From Armatimonadota bacterium (GTDB lineage Bacteria; Armatimonadota; SYMT01), in NCBI GenBank assembly GCA_041690135.1, contig JAWLHY010000002.1, positions 32,001 to 96,000 of the forward strand: a stretch of DNA of 64,000 bases, in the 5' to 3' direction. The notes beneath the pieces were generated by a model. It saw only the letters and a list, made by a program, of their open reading frames with translations, had not been told where the DNA came from and searched no databases. A program made the position numbers and the translations under genes. Positions within the stretch are counted from its first letter, which is position 1, and each line of letters starts with the position of its first letter. Of the stretch, positions 39,864 through 49,590 are shown piece after piece.

Positions 39864-41114
39864 TTAACAATCCAAAGCGATCGGCGTCGACTCGTGGGAT
39901 AGATCGCGAAGCATGGTGCGGATCGTCTCTTCCATTTCGCGTGTTACCCCGGCTACCACTTCCCGCTTGTTCTTACGATACTCCGCATAGCGTTCTTCCA
40001 GGCGGATGGGGGGAGCCGTTCGGACGATAGCTCGTAGGGGAGCGGTATGCCGGACGGTCCCCAGGACCTCCTTTTGCAGGCGTCCCAATACTTCCAGGAA
40101 CCGTTCGGCCGTCGGCTCGGATGCAATATAGTCCCCGGTGAACGCCACGAAGTTGTGCAGCCGCAGCAGTTCGGCGAAGAGCGGCGCGACGATCCCGGCC
40201 CGCTGGCGGTAGAGGCGCTCCTCGTACTCGGTGTGCTCGTCCGGTAGCACGCCGACCCACGCCCGCAGCTCGTTCGTCAACTGGTGGAGCTGCTCTCCCG
40301 GCGGCTGGCGGTCGTCGACCTTGCTACCGACCGCGTGGGCCACCCGTTCCAGCACTCGCCGGCGCACTGCCGTGATGCGGGTCGTGAGATCCGCGCCCTC
40401 GCCGTCCTCGGGAGGCCGGGTCCCCTCGGCCCGCTCCAGGTTGCCGAGAACGTGGCTCCCGATGCGCAGCAGCCGGGGGTAGGGGCCGGCCTTCGACAAC
40501 GGCTCCAGGCGCAGTTTCCGCTCCAGATCGTGGAGACCCCGCTCGATATAGGGCCGCGGCTCCGCGCAGCAGCGGTACCGGATGGCCAGCGGAACGATCG
40601 GCAGCGCCGGTTCGCGTCCCGCCTTTTGCAGGTCGTCCAGCGCCCAGAAGCCGATCTGCGCCACGCCGCTCTGGAACTCCAGCAGGCGGTCGTTATGTTC
40701 ATAGACCAGACCTTCCGGAAAGATGACCACCTTGCGGTCCATCTCCGCCAGGAGCCGGCGGGTCATGCGCAGCGATTCCCGGTCCGGAAAGCCGCGGATA
40801 ACCGAGTAGACCCCGATCTGGTTGAGCAGGCGACCGCGCGGGCCGTCCAGCGTCTCGCGGGTGGCCAGGAAGTTGAAGCGCTGGTTGAGCCGCTTCGCCA
40901 GCCAGAAGACGACGATGGGGTCGGTCTCCGTGGGGTGGTTGGGACAGAGGAGAGCGCGATGGTCGCGGAGGGCTTCCAGCCGCTCCAGGCAACTCGGCTC
41001 GACCGAGAGCCCGTGGACGTTCCCGAAGAACCGTCCCAGGTGGGGGACGAAGGTGTTGGCGAACCAGAAAAGGCCGGCGTGGTGGCGCGGCGGCACGAAC
41101 ATTGGGTCGAACAT
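39864..41114 (-). CDS. PlsC-family acyltransferase
   Basis: NHPTETD (HxxxxD), IFPEG motifs. Confidence 0.9.
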   Translation of the reverse strand: MFDPMFVPPRHHAGLFWFANTFVPHLGRFFGNVHGLSVEPSCLERLEALRDHRALLCPNHPTETDPIVVFWLAKRLNQRFNFLATRETLDGPRGRLLNQIGVYSVIRGFPDRESLRMTRRLLAEMDRKVVIFPEGLVYEHNDRLLEFQSGVAQIGFWALDDLQKAGREPALPIVPLAIRYRCCAEPRPYIERGLHDLERKLRLEPLSKAGPYPRLLRIGSHVLGNLERAEGTRPPEDGEGADLTTRITAVRRRVLERVAHAVGSKVDDRQPPGEQLHQLTNELRAWVGVLPDEHTEYEERLYRQRAGIVAPLFAELLRLHNFVAFTGDYIASEPTAERFLEVLGRLQKEVLGTVRHTAPLRAIVRTAPPIRLEERYAEYRKNKREVVAGVTREMEETIRTMLRDLSHESTPIALDC

Positions 41115-42863
41115 CTAGGCCTCCAAGCCCGCCGTACCGGCAAGATGGCCCATCTGGAGGTGGTACATGTCCGCATAGAGGCCGGACTGCGCGATCAGGG
41201 CGTCGTGGGTTCCCTGTTCCACCACCCGTCCCTGGTCCAGCACCACAATTCGGTCCGCGCCGCGGACGATGGAGAGGCGGTGGCTGATGATCAGCGTGGT
41301 CCGGTTCCGCATCAGCCGCTCCAGGGCCTGCTGGATGATCCACTCCGACTCCGGCTCCACGGCGGAAGTCGCCTCGTCCAGGATCAGGATCTCCGGGTCC
41401 GCCAGGAAAGCGCGCGCGATGCTGATCCGCTGGCGCTGCCCGCCGGAGAGCTTCACGCCCCGTTCGCCGATCTCCGTCTCCCAGCCGTTCGGCAGCTCAT
41501 TCTCGATGAAGTCGAGGGCGTTCGCTGCCTCGGCCGCCGCCCGCGCTTCCTCCAGAGACGCCTCGGGGCGTGCGTAGCGGACGTTGTCCAGCACCGTCCC
41601 GCTGAAGAGGAAGGTCTCCTGGAGCACCATGGCCAGGTGGCTGCGCAGGCTGGCCTGGGTCACGTCCCTTACGTCGGTGCCGTCCACGCACACCCGGCCC
41701 GCCTGCGGGTCCCAGAAGCGCGGGATCAGGTTCACCAGGGTGCTCTTGCCCGCGCCGCTGCTGCCGACGATCGCCACGGCTTCGCCCGGGAGCACGTCGA
41801 GGGACAGCCCGTGGAGCACCTGCCGGTCCCCGTAAGAGAAGTACACGTCTTCCAGCGTCACCCGTCCCCGCACTTCCCGCAGCTCGATGGCGTTCGGGGC
41901 ATCGCGGACGCTGACCTCCGCATCGAGAATCTCGAACACGCGAGCCGCCGCCGCCGCGCCGCGCTGGATGAGGTCGTTGATCTGCGCCAGGCTCTGAATC
42001 GGGGAGTAGAGCTGCCACCAGTAGCCGCGGTAGGCGACCAACCCTCCCAGGGTGAAGCGCCCCTGCAGAATGAGCCAGGCCCCCACCCCCACCGCCAGAA
42101 CGTTGCTGAGGAAGCCGACGAACTGCGACATGGGGAAGAAGATCGTCCGCGCGTTCACCGCCTGGTTCTGGAAGGCCCGGTACTCCTCCGTTACCTGCCG
42201 AAAGCGGTGAGATTCGAAGTTCTCCTTGGCGAAGGCCTTCACCACCATCATCCCCAGCAGGTTCTCCTGCAGGCGCGCGCTGACTTCCCCCAGCCGGTCG
42301 CGGGCCGCCCGGTACATCCGCTTCACGCGGACATTGAAGAACCGGACCAGCACCCACACGACGAGGATAGGGGCGATGGTGATGGAGCCGAGGAGGGGGC
42401 TGAGCACCAGCAGGGACGTCGCGACGATGAAGAAGCTGTAAATGCTGGCGACGATCGACTCGGTGCCGTTGATGGCTACTTCCTGCAGCACGTCGATATC
42501 GCCGATCGCGCGGGAGACGAGATCCCCCGAGCGGTGCTCGTGCAGGTACTCCAGCGACTGGCCCTGCAGCTTGTTGTAGACGTCGTTGCGGAGGTCGCGG
42601 ACGAAGCACTGCCCCGCCTTCTCCAGCAGGTTTGTCCGAAACGCGTTCAGCACCACCGCGGAGAGGTGCACGCCCACCATCACGGCCAGGGCGGGGGCCA
42701 ACCGCTCGGGCCGGGCCGGGGTGACCACTTCATCAACGATGTACTTCCAGATCCAGGGGTGGATGAGGGAAAGCGGCGTGGCGAAGAGCAGGCAAAGAAG
42801 GCCCAGAATGACCCGCCCGCGGTACGGCCGCAGATAGCGTAGGATCCGCAAGTAGTGCTGCAT
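41115..42863 (-). CDS. ABC exporter, fused TMD-NBD (MsbA-like)
   Basis: GSSGAGKST, LSGGQRQR, ILILDEATS, SHRLS. Confidence 0.95.
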   Translation of the reverse strand: MQHYLRILRYLRPYRGRVILGLLCLLFATPLSLIHPWIWKYIVDEVVTPARPERLAPALAVMVGVHLSAVVLNAFRTNLLEKAGQCFVRDLRNDVYNKLQGQSLEYLHEHRSGDLVSRAIGDIDVLQEVAINGTESIVASIYSFFIVATSLLVLSPLLGSITIAPILVVWVLVRFFNVRVKRMYRAARDRLGEVSARLQENLLGMMVVKAFAKENFESHRFRQVTEEYRAFQNQAVNARTIFFPMSQFVGFLSNVLAVGVGAWLILQGRFTLGGLVAYRGYWWQLYSPIQSLAQINDLIQRGAAAAARVFEILDAEVSVRDAPNAIELREVRGRVTLEDVYFSYGDRQVLHGLSLDVLPGEAVAIVGSSGAGKSTLVNLIPRFWDPQAGRVCVDGTDVRDVTQASLRSHLAMVLQETFLFSGTVLDNVRYARPEASLEEARAAAEAANALDFIENELPNGWETEIGERGVKLSGGQRQRISIARAFLADPEILILDEATSAVEPESEWIIQQALERLMRNRTTLIISHRLSIVRGADRIVVLDQGRVVEQGTHDALIAQSGLYADMYHLQMGHLAGTAGLEA

Positions 42864-43003
42864 GACAGGAACATCTTAACGAGTCGAAGTCCGGTCGGCA
42901 CTATCCGTTCACCGGACGAGACCGCTATCATGCGGGAGTAGGACCGGCGGACGGTTTTCGAACCACGCAACCTACCTGCGCAACTGAACGTTGGATGGAC
43001 GTG

Positions 43004-43170
43004 ATGCGTAATGCGTAAGAACCGGAGAGTAATGCGTATTGCGTAATGCGTAAGGTCCGTAAATAGGTCTACATGGGAGGCAAGCTGGCTACCTCGAGCT
43101 GCGGTGAGGCGTGTTGCGTAAGGTTACGTGCGAGGCGGCTGCGAGGGCAGGGGGCGTACCTCGGGCAGGT
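43004..43170 (+). repeat. TGCGTAA heptamer tract plus ~60 bp segment homologous to 12770-12827
   Basis: TTGCGTAAGG..ACGTGCG...TGCG.GGGC...TACCTCGGGCA at both loci. Confidence 0.7.
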
Positions 43171-43301
43171 GGGTGATGCGTGAGGCGTGAGGTGGCCGGG
43201 CTAGATGGTTGCGAGGGCCTGGGCCGTGCCTCGCATGATGGCCGTGCTTCGGCGGTGGGACGGTGGGGAGCGGTTTGGAACGAGGTTGCCACGCCCGCAT
43301 A

Positions 43302-43436
43302 AAGACAACTTCCCTGACCAGGGGGCCTGCCACGTCGGGTAACGGGGTGCAGTTACCCGTCGGCTGTGCTCCGGCGTTGGGGCGGCGGAGGTCTTTGAAG
43401 ACGGATTTGGTCTTACCCCTCCTCGCAGTGACGATC
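43302..43436 (-). repeat. dispersed element copy 2
   Basis: Reverse complement GATCGTCACTGCGAGGAG...CGACGTGGCAGGCCCCCTGGTCAGGGAAGTTGTCTT. Confidence 0.75.
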
Positions 43437-43476
43437 ATATTTTTCATGTTGGATTACAGGTAGAGTTCCACTATTT

Positions 43477-46400
43477 ATGGCGGTAGCAATTAGAACCACT
43501 TCCAAACCCCGGACCGTTGCGGCGGCCACCGGTTTCCGTGGCCGGGCGTTGGAGCGAACGCTGCTGCTGTGGAATGCGCCGCTGGTCGCGCTGGCGGCGT
43601 GGGGAGTCGCCCTGACGCAGCGGCATCCGACGGAGGCGTGGGTTCCCGCGCTGCTGGCGCTGGGCTCGATCTGGCTCGCCTGCGTGGCGCTGCACCTGCT
43701 GCTCTGTGCTACCCGGTTCGATGGCGACCTGGTGATCCTGCCGCTCTTTTCGCTGCTGCTGCTGGTCGGGGCTACCTACCAGGTGGGGGTCAAGGGGCTG
43801 GCGGGCGGCCTTACGCCCGTTCCCTATACCAAGGCCGCCCTGCTTGCACTGGCGGTCCTGGCCTTGCTCACCACCGCCGGGCCCTGGTTCAAACGGGTCA
43901 GCATCCTGCTGGAAGAGAAAGTCTGGTGGCGGGTCGCCCGCGATCGGCCCTACTACGAATCGGCGCCGTTCCACGTACTGCTGTTCGGGCTGATGGTGCT
44001 GATGGCGCTGCTCCTGTTGTTCCGGGGCCTGCGGGCGGAGAACGGGGCGGTGATCCAGGTCCAGCTTCCGGGCGGGCTGCAGTTCACCCCCAGCGAAGTC
44101 ATTCGCCTGGCGGTGGCGTTCTTCCTGGCGGATTACCTGGGACGGAACAGCCGGATCCTGCGCAACCTGCGGGAGCCCGTGGGGCGCGTCTGGCCCTTCA
44201 ACCGCATCTATATGGAGAAGCGGACGGAACTGATCGTCCTGCTTACCACCGTTCTGCTCTACTGCCTCTTCTTCTATGCGTTCCGCGACTTCGGTCCGGC
44301 CGCCGTCATCATCGCCCTCACGTTGGCGACCCTATACGCTTCTACGGGGAGACTCCTCACGCCGCTCCTGATCGGCCTGGGGCTCACGCTGCTCATCGCG
44401 ATACCCACCTATCAGGACCTGGCGTTCCACACGTTCCGGAACCGGGCGGAGATGTGGCTGAACCCGTGGGATACGGACTTCATCAACGGCGACCACCAGG
44501 CGCGGATCCTGTGGTCCATCGCCGCGGGCGGCTGGTACGGGATGGGCGTGGGCAACTTCAACCTCTCGCAGACGCTGCCGCTGGCGCGGAACGACGCCGC
44601 CTTCGCCGGGGTAGCTGCCGCGATGGGGATGTGGGTGGCCCTCGCCCTGCTGGGGCTGTTCGCGGCCCTCACCTGGCGCGGGATGCTGGCGGCTCGCCAA
44701 GCGCCCACGGACCGGATGCGCCTCCTGGCCTTCTGCCTCACCTCCCTGCTGGCGTTCCAGGCGATCTGGATCTGCGGGGCGATGGTCCGGGTCTTCCCGT
44801 TCACCGGGATCAACGTGCCGTTCATCAGCACGGGCCTCACCAGCATGCTCTGCTCGGCGGTGGCGCTGGGGACGGTCTGGAACATCTCGCGATTGGGCGC
44901 CGGACGTGTGGGCGGGACCGACGCCACGGAAGCCAGCCCGGAGGTTCTGCGCGGCGTCACGCGGATGGCTCGGCCGGTCACCTGGGCGTTCGCGCTGCCC
45001 GCGGTGGGGCTGGTCCTGTACGGCTGCCCCTGGCTACTGGGCGACCGGACACTGGTCCGCAGCGCCCGCGGCATGGACCGCTCCCGGAACAAGACCCTCT
45101 TCCCGAACCCTTACCTGGAGCGGTTCAAGCAGCGGTTCGACCGGGGCCGGGTGTTCAGCGCGGACGGCCGCCTGCTCGCCGTTTCGAAGCCAACGGCGGA
45201 AGAGGTCGCGGCTATCCGTGAGACTTCCCCCCGGTTTGCCGACAAGATCACGCCGGAGAAGATCGAGAACGGGCAGCGGTTCTACCCCCTCGGTGAGGAT
45301 GCCGCCCAACTCGTGGGATGGACGCCGCAGGGACGGTTCATGGCGCTCCAGGGGAGTGTCGAGACGGTCTGGGACCCCCTTCTCCGGGGCTACAAGCCGG
45401 AGCAGTTGCCGTTCTACTTCCGCACCCGGCACAACCCGGTGATCCGGCCGCCCCAGCCGCAAGACCTGCAGCTCACCATCCAGGCGGATCTCCAGCAGTA
45501 CGCGGTCGAGCGCCTCTCCAAGGCGGTGAAGGACTGGGACGGCAGCGGGGGCGCGGCGGTGGTCTACGACGCCACAACCGGCGAGGTGCTGGCCGCGGCT
45601 ACCGCGCCGACCTTCGACCCGAACGGCCTGACCCTGGAGCGGATGCAGCGGTACACGAAGGAGAACGGGAAGACCCAGGTGCTCTTGAACAAGGCCCTAT
45701 CACGGGAGGCGCTCTACTTCCCCGGCTCCACCTTCAAGCTCCTCACGGCCGGCGCCGCCCTGGAGGAGGGGATCGACGGCAGCGTCACCTGCCGGAACGG
45801 GCACAACGCGGAGGCGATCCGGTGGGAGTACGCCGGCACCCGCTGGCGCCGCGATCCGGGCAAGATCTCCGATTACTCGCGCGGCAGCCACGGCGCGATG
45901 GACCTGGCCGGCAGCCTCGACCGGGCCCTGACCGTCTCCTGCAACGTGTTCTTCGCGAAGCTGGCGGCGGAGGTGGGACCGGAGGCATTTCACGACGCAA
46001 TGGAGCGGGCGGAGCTGACCCGGGTTCCCGACACCCGCCAACTGGCCGAGCACCTGCCGTATAACGGGTTTGGGCAGATCGACGTGAAGGCGAGCCCCCT
46101 GGAGATGGCCATGCTGGCCGGGGCTGCGGGAACGGCGCTGGAAGGGCTGCCGGACGCCTCCGCCGCGCGTCCGCACTGGGTGAAAGCGGTGGTGACCCGC
46201 AGGGGCCCGCGCGAGCCGGACGGTCTGCCCGGTGCGCCGAATCGGAAGCCTTATCGCCCCTTCAAGCCGGAAGTGGCGCAGCGCCTGCGTGAGATGATGG
46301 TTCGCGTGGTCGAAGATCCCAACGGCACTGCTCACTCCGCCTTCTTCTTCCGGAACGGGGAGCGGCGGCTGGACGGCATCACCGTCGGTGGCAAGACCGG

Positions 46401-46737
46401 CACCGCGGAGTTCGAGAAGCCTGTCTCCGGAAAGCGGCGGCCCACCATTGGCCGCCACGCCTGGTTCGTCGGCTTCGCCCGCAGCGACCACGAACTCCAG
46501 CCGCGGACGCTGGCCTTTGCCGTGCTGGTGGAGGACGTCCGGCGCGGCGGTACCGGCGGTCAGGTCTGCGCCCCGGTGGCGCGCGATCTCGTGGCGAAGA
46601 TCCTGCCCCCGCCCGGCGAACCCGCCCCCGGTATCTTCCGCGGCCTGGAGCGCTTCTACCCGGACGTCCTCCGCCCCCGCCTCGGCCCCCTCCAACCCCT
46701 CGGCGACTGGCTCAACCGCACCTTCCAGCGCCGGTAA
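43477..46737 (+). CDS. FtsW/RodA (SEDS) glycosyltransferase fused to class B PBP transpeptidase
   Basis: PSEVIRL, RDFG, GGWYGMG, ARND, FTGINVPFISTG; PGSTFK (SxxK), SCN, KTGT. Confidence 0.92.
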   Translation: MAVAIRTTSKPRTVAAATGFRGRALERTLLLWNAPLVALAAWGVALTQRHPTEAWVPALLALGSIWLACVALHLLLCATRFDGDLVILPLFSLLLLVGATYQVGVKGLAGGLTPVPYTKAALLALAVLALLTTAGPWFKRVSILLEEKVWWRVARDRPYYESAPFHVLLFGLMVLMALLLLFRGLRAENGAVIQVQLPGGLQFTPSEVIRLAVAFFLADYLGRNSRILRNLREPVGRVWPFNRIYMEKRTELIVLLTTVLLYCLFFYAFRDFGPAAVIIALTLATLYASTGRLLTPLLIGLGLTLLIAIPTYQDLAFHTFRNRAEMWLNPWDTDFINGDHQARILWSIAAGGWYGMGVGNFNLSQTLPLARNDAAFAGVAAAMGMWVALALLGLFAALTWRGMLAARQAPTDRMRLLAFCLTSLLAFQAIWICGAMVRVFPFTGINVPFISTGLTSMLCSAVALGTVWNISRLGAGRVGGTDATEASPEVLRGVTRMARPVTWAFALPAVGLVLYGCPWLLGDRTLVRSARGMDRSRNKTLFPNPYLERFKQRFDRGRVFSADGRLLAVSKPTAEEVAAIRETSPRFADKITPEKIENGQRFYPLGEDAAQLVGWTPQGRFMALQGSVETVWDPLLRGYKPEQLPFYFRTRHNPVIRPPQPQDLQLTIQADLQQYAVERLSKAVKDWDGSGGAAVVYDATTGEVLAAATAPTFDPNGLTLERMQRYTKENGKTQVLLNKALSREALYFPGSTFKLLTAGAALEEGIDGSVTCRNGHNAEAIRWEYAGTRWRRDPGKISDYSRGSHGAMDLAGSLDRALTVSCNVFFAKLAAEVGPEAFHDAMERAELTRVPDTRQLAEHLPYNGFGQIDVKASPLEMAMLAGAAGTALEGLPDASAARPHWVKAVVTRRGPREPDGLPGAPNRKPYRPFKPEVAQRLREMMVRVVEDPNGTAHSAFFFRNGERRLDGITVGGKTGTAEFEKPVSGKRRPTIGRHAWFVGFARSDHELQPRTLAFAVLVEDVRRGGTGGQVCAPVARDLVAKILPPPGEPAPGIFRGLERFYPDVLRPRLGPLQPLGDWLNRTFQRR

Positions 46738-46769
46738 TCACGGGCGCGGAAAAACCGCGGAGAGAGAAA

Positions 46770-46804
46770 GAACACGAAAACACGAAAGAACGAAGGCACG
46801 AAAG
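46770..46804 (+). repeat. octamer array (ACACGAAA)x4 upstream of GxxExxY gene
   Basis: gaacacgaaaacacgaaagaacgaaggcacgaaag. Confidence 0.8.
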
Positions 46805-46836
46805 CTGGATAACCCGGAAGAGGGAGAGTGCATGTC

Positions 46837-47289
46837 ATGAGCGAGGATGAAGTCGATTATCTGGAGACGCTGGTTATCGGCGGAGAGGGCCTCCGAGTTG
46901 CAGAGCCGGAGCAAACCAGTTATCGATTCGAACCGGTCTCCGGAAGGATCATCCGTGCGGCAGTTCGCGTTCACAAGGCGCTGGGGCCTGGTTTTCGGGA
47001 GGAACTCTACCTCAATGCGATGTGCATCGAGCTGGAGAAGAGCGGCTTACGGTATGGCCGACGTGTTGACTACCCAGTGTACTATGAGGGACAGAAGGTG
47101 GGGACGCACGAACTCGATCTCCTCATTGAGGATTCGATAATCGTCGAACTCAAAGCGGTCTCCGCCATCCTGGAGGTCCACAAGGCACAATTGTTGGCGT
47201 ATCTTCGCGCAGCAAACAAACGCGTGGGTCTGGTGATCAACTTTGGCGAGATGCCTCTCGGCATCAAGCGTCTTCTGAATGGCTACTAA
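46837..47289 (+). CDS. GxxExxY protein (PD-(D/E)XK nuclease-like)
   Basis: VHKALGPGFREELY, DLLIED.IIVELKA, AQLLAYL, GLVINFG. Confidence 0.93.
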   Translation: MSEDEVDYLETLVIGGEGLRVAEPEQTSYRFEPVSGRIIRAAVRVHKALGPGFREELYLNAMCIELEKSGLRYGRRVDYPVYYEGQKVGTHELDLLIEDSIIVELKAVSAILEVHKAQLLAYLRAANKRVGLVINFGEMPLGIKRLLNGY

Positions 47290-47325
47290 TTGGCGCCAGA
47301 CGGACAGAGGCTCCGATCAACTCCA

Positions 47326-47358
47326 TCGTGTTTTCGTCTCTTCGTGCTCTCGTGTTCT
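47326..47358 (-). repeat. inverted octamer array downstream of GxxExxY gene
   Basis: tcgtgttttcgtctcttcgtgctctcgtgttct, reverse complement of CACGA-type units. Confidence 0.8.
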
Positions 47359-47390
47359 CCTTCGGAGAACTGCGGGTTTGAGGTAGTGGC

Positions 47391-48872
47391 TTGATGCTGG
47401 ACCCGAAGAAGCTGTTGGATAGGTTGCCCCGGATCGAGGTGAAGGACCGGCCGTTCCGGTACCTGGGGCGGCGCGTGGTGCAGGCGATGGCGGAGGCGGC
47501 GACCACGAACCTGATCGTGGGCAAGCGTTCGGCGCCGGGGCGGTACCTGGTGGTACGGCTGGTGGAGAGTGAGGACGAGAAGGACCTGTGGGAGCAGCAG
47601 TTCACGGAGAGCCGTCCGGCGATCCTGCGGGAACTGGAGCGGGAAGCGGCCGCGCACGAGATCCAGCCCCGCACAAAGCTGGAAGTCGACCTCGTGGTGC
47701 TCACCGACCGGGAAGCCACGAAAGGCGAGGCGGAGCGTATCCTGTCCACCGTGCTCGACGAGGACGACATCCAGGCGGCGCTCGAGCGGCTGCAAGAAGA
47801 GCGGGAATTGATCCTGCCGCTGCGCGTGCGCACCCTGATCCTGGAGAGCGAGCCCGCCGAGGCGCAGGTCTACCTGGACCACAAGCCCGCCGGGGTTACC
47901 CCCTGTCGGATCGACGACATCTCGGAGGGAGAGCACATCGTAACGCTGGTCCGGCCCGGCTATCTGCCTTACGAGGACACGCTGCGCGTGGTGCCGGGAC
48001 GGACCGGGCAGAAGCTGACCTACCGCGCCGATCTCACTCCGGAGCCGCCGATGGGCGTGGTGGAGGTACGGACCTTTCCGCCGCGCGCCCAGGTAACGAT
48101 CCACGGCGAGACCCGCGAGTCCCCCGCGGACTGGCGGCTGCCGGTGGGGACGGTCCAGGTCCGCGTCGAGCTGGAAAGCTTCGAACCCCAGGAGTTCGCG
48201 GTGGAAGTGCCGTCCACCGGGGAGGGGCGCCCGTACCGGGTGCAGACCCGGCTCCGCTACAACGGCCCCGACCAGGATGAGGTGGTCGGGCGCCTCATCA
48301 TCTACCGGACAACGGACCGTGTTTCCGAGACGCCGGAGGTCGCGCCCGTACCCCCAGCCTCGCCGCAACCGGAGCCCGTTCCGGCCGCCAATCTGATCAG
48401 CGACTTCTTCGGTGACCAGGAAGAAGGCTCCGGCGACTGGCCCGATTGGGACCTGCCCGCCGCTCCACCCATGCCCGGCGCCGCGGTGCAACCCGCTCCC
48501 GCCGCCGCCCCTCCTCCACCCGCGACCTCCGAGGTGGAGATCCTGGGCGAGCGACCGGTCCGGCGCGGTGTGCTCCTGATCGGACGCGAGGACCCGCACG
48601 GGGGACTGGTTCCCGACGTCAAGCTCTTCGACCCGGAGAACAGCGTCTCACGCGGCTGCCATGCCTGGCTTTACATCTATGCGGACCGTTCCACCGGGGC
48701 CGTGTACAACACGTTCCTGGTCGGCAACAACAGCCCCGCGGGCATCCGGGTAGACGGTGCCCTGGTGATGGAGAGCCGGCGCCTCAACGACAACTCCGAG
48801 GTGGAAATCGGCAACTTCCGGATGCGGGTCGTCAAAGAAGTCCCCCAGGCGCGGGTTGAATTCGGCTTTTAG
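47391..48872 (+). CDS. FhaA-like protein: N-terminal DUF3662-like, PEGA domains, C-terminal FHA
   Basis: SEPAEAQVYLD..GVTP (PEGA); IGR...VSRGCHA...IRVDG...IGNF (FHA). Confidence 0.75.
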   Translation: MMLDPKKLLDRLPRIEVKDRPFRYLGRRVVQAMAEAATTNLIVGKRSAPGRYLVVRLVESEDEKDLWEQQFTESRPAILRELEREAAAHEIQPRTKLEVDLVVLTDREATKGEAERILSTVLDEDDIQAALERLQEERELILPLRVRTLILESEPAEAQVYLDHKPAGVTPCRIDDISEGEHIVTLVRPGYLPYEDTLRVVPGRTGQKLTYRADLTPEPPMGVVEVRTFPPRAQVTIHGETRESPADWRLPVGTVQVRVELESFEPQEFAVEVPSTGEGRPYRVQTRLRYNGPDQDEVVGRLIIYRTTDRVSETPEVAPVPPASPQPEPVPAANLISDFFGDQEEGSGDWPDWDLPAAPPMPGAAVQPAPAAAPPPPATSEVEILGERPVRRGVLLIGREDPHGGLVPDVKLFDPENSVSRGCHAWLYIYADRSTGAVYNTFLVGNNSPAGIRVDGALVMESRRLNDNSEVEIGNFRMRVVKEVPQARVEFGF

Positions 48873-48957
48873 CATTGAGGGGGTGAAACGGGATGCAGCC
48901 CAACTGTGGTATCCTACCCTCAAGCGCTCGCCTGCCGACGAGCGCCAAGGAGCGAGG

Positions 48958-49575
48958 ATGAACCTGTTCTACCAGCCGAACCCCAACCTCACCGGGAGAG
49001 CCCTGCCCGCCTTCCTCCTGGAGGAGCCCTACCGCAACGCGATCGTGGATGCCGTCCTCCGGGCGGAACTCCGCGCCAACGCGCACCGGACCCGCTTTCA
49101 TCCCAAGAACTTCCGCAGCCTGGACGCCCACGCCTGGGGCGTGCAGTACCTTATGGAGCGCCTGGAACCCCTTGGCTGCCGGCACAGAGAGCCTGGCGGC
49201 CAGCCGCAAATCGTCACCCCCGGCCCGGAAAGCGCGCGGCTGGTTCTCACCCATGGGCGGCGCGTGGGCAACGAGATCCTGGTGAGCCCCAAGGGATCCG
49301 TCTCCATCACCCACATCCAGGACAACCAGGACCAGCTCGGCCTCAACCTCTTCTCCACCCATCCCGACCGCCGAAATCTCAACTGCCTCACCATCTGGAT
49401 CGTGTCCGATCTGCGGCCCGACTCCCTGGCGATCCACCTGGCCCTTGTCGCGGACCACAGCGACCATGCCTCGCGCCTGCACTGCGTCGACGTCGAAACC
49501 CTGTTCGAAGAGCCCCTCACGGAGCGCACCACCGCTGGCCCCGAGGGTGCCCAGCCGGCTCTCAGCCTGACTTAA
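48958..49575 (+). CDS. hypothetical protein
   Basis: ORF with host-like codon bias; AGGAG RBS. Confidence 0.65.
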   Translation: MNLFYQPNPNLTGRALPAFLLEEPYRNAIVDAVLRAELRANAHRTRFHPKNFRSLDAHAWGVQYLMERLEPLGCRHREPGGQPQIVTPGPESARLVLTHGRRVGNEILVSPKGSVSITHIQDNQDQLGLNLFSTHPDRRNLNCLTIWIVSDLRPDSLAIHLALVADHSDHASRLHCVDVETLFEEPLTERTTAGPEGAQPALSLT

Positions 49576-49590
49576 GCCCCCGGAGCACTG

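Noticed and set aside
40284-42842. Long antisense ORFs (also 14683-16665, 48832-50982, 1969-3666, 17340-18998)
   Set aside because: Shadow frames of well-supported genes in high-GC DNA, with no motifs.
42864-43476. RNase P RNA or tmRNA in the long intergenic region
   Set aside because: No GAGGAAAGTCC or tRNA-like ends; the region is explained by repeat families.
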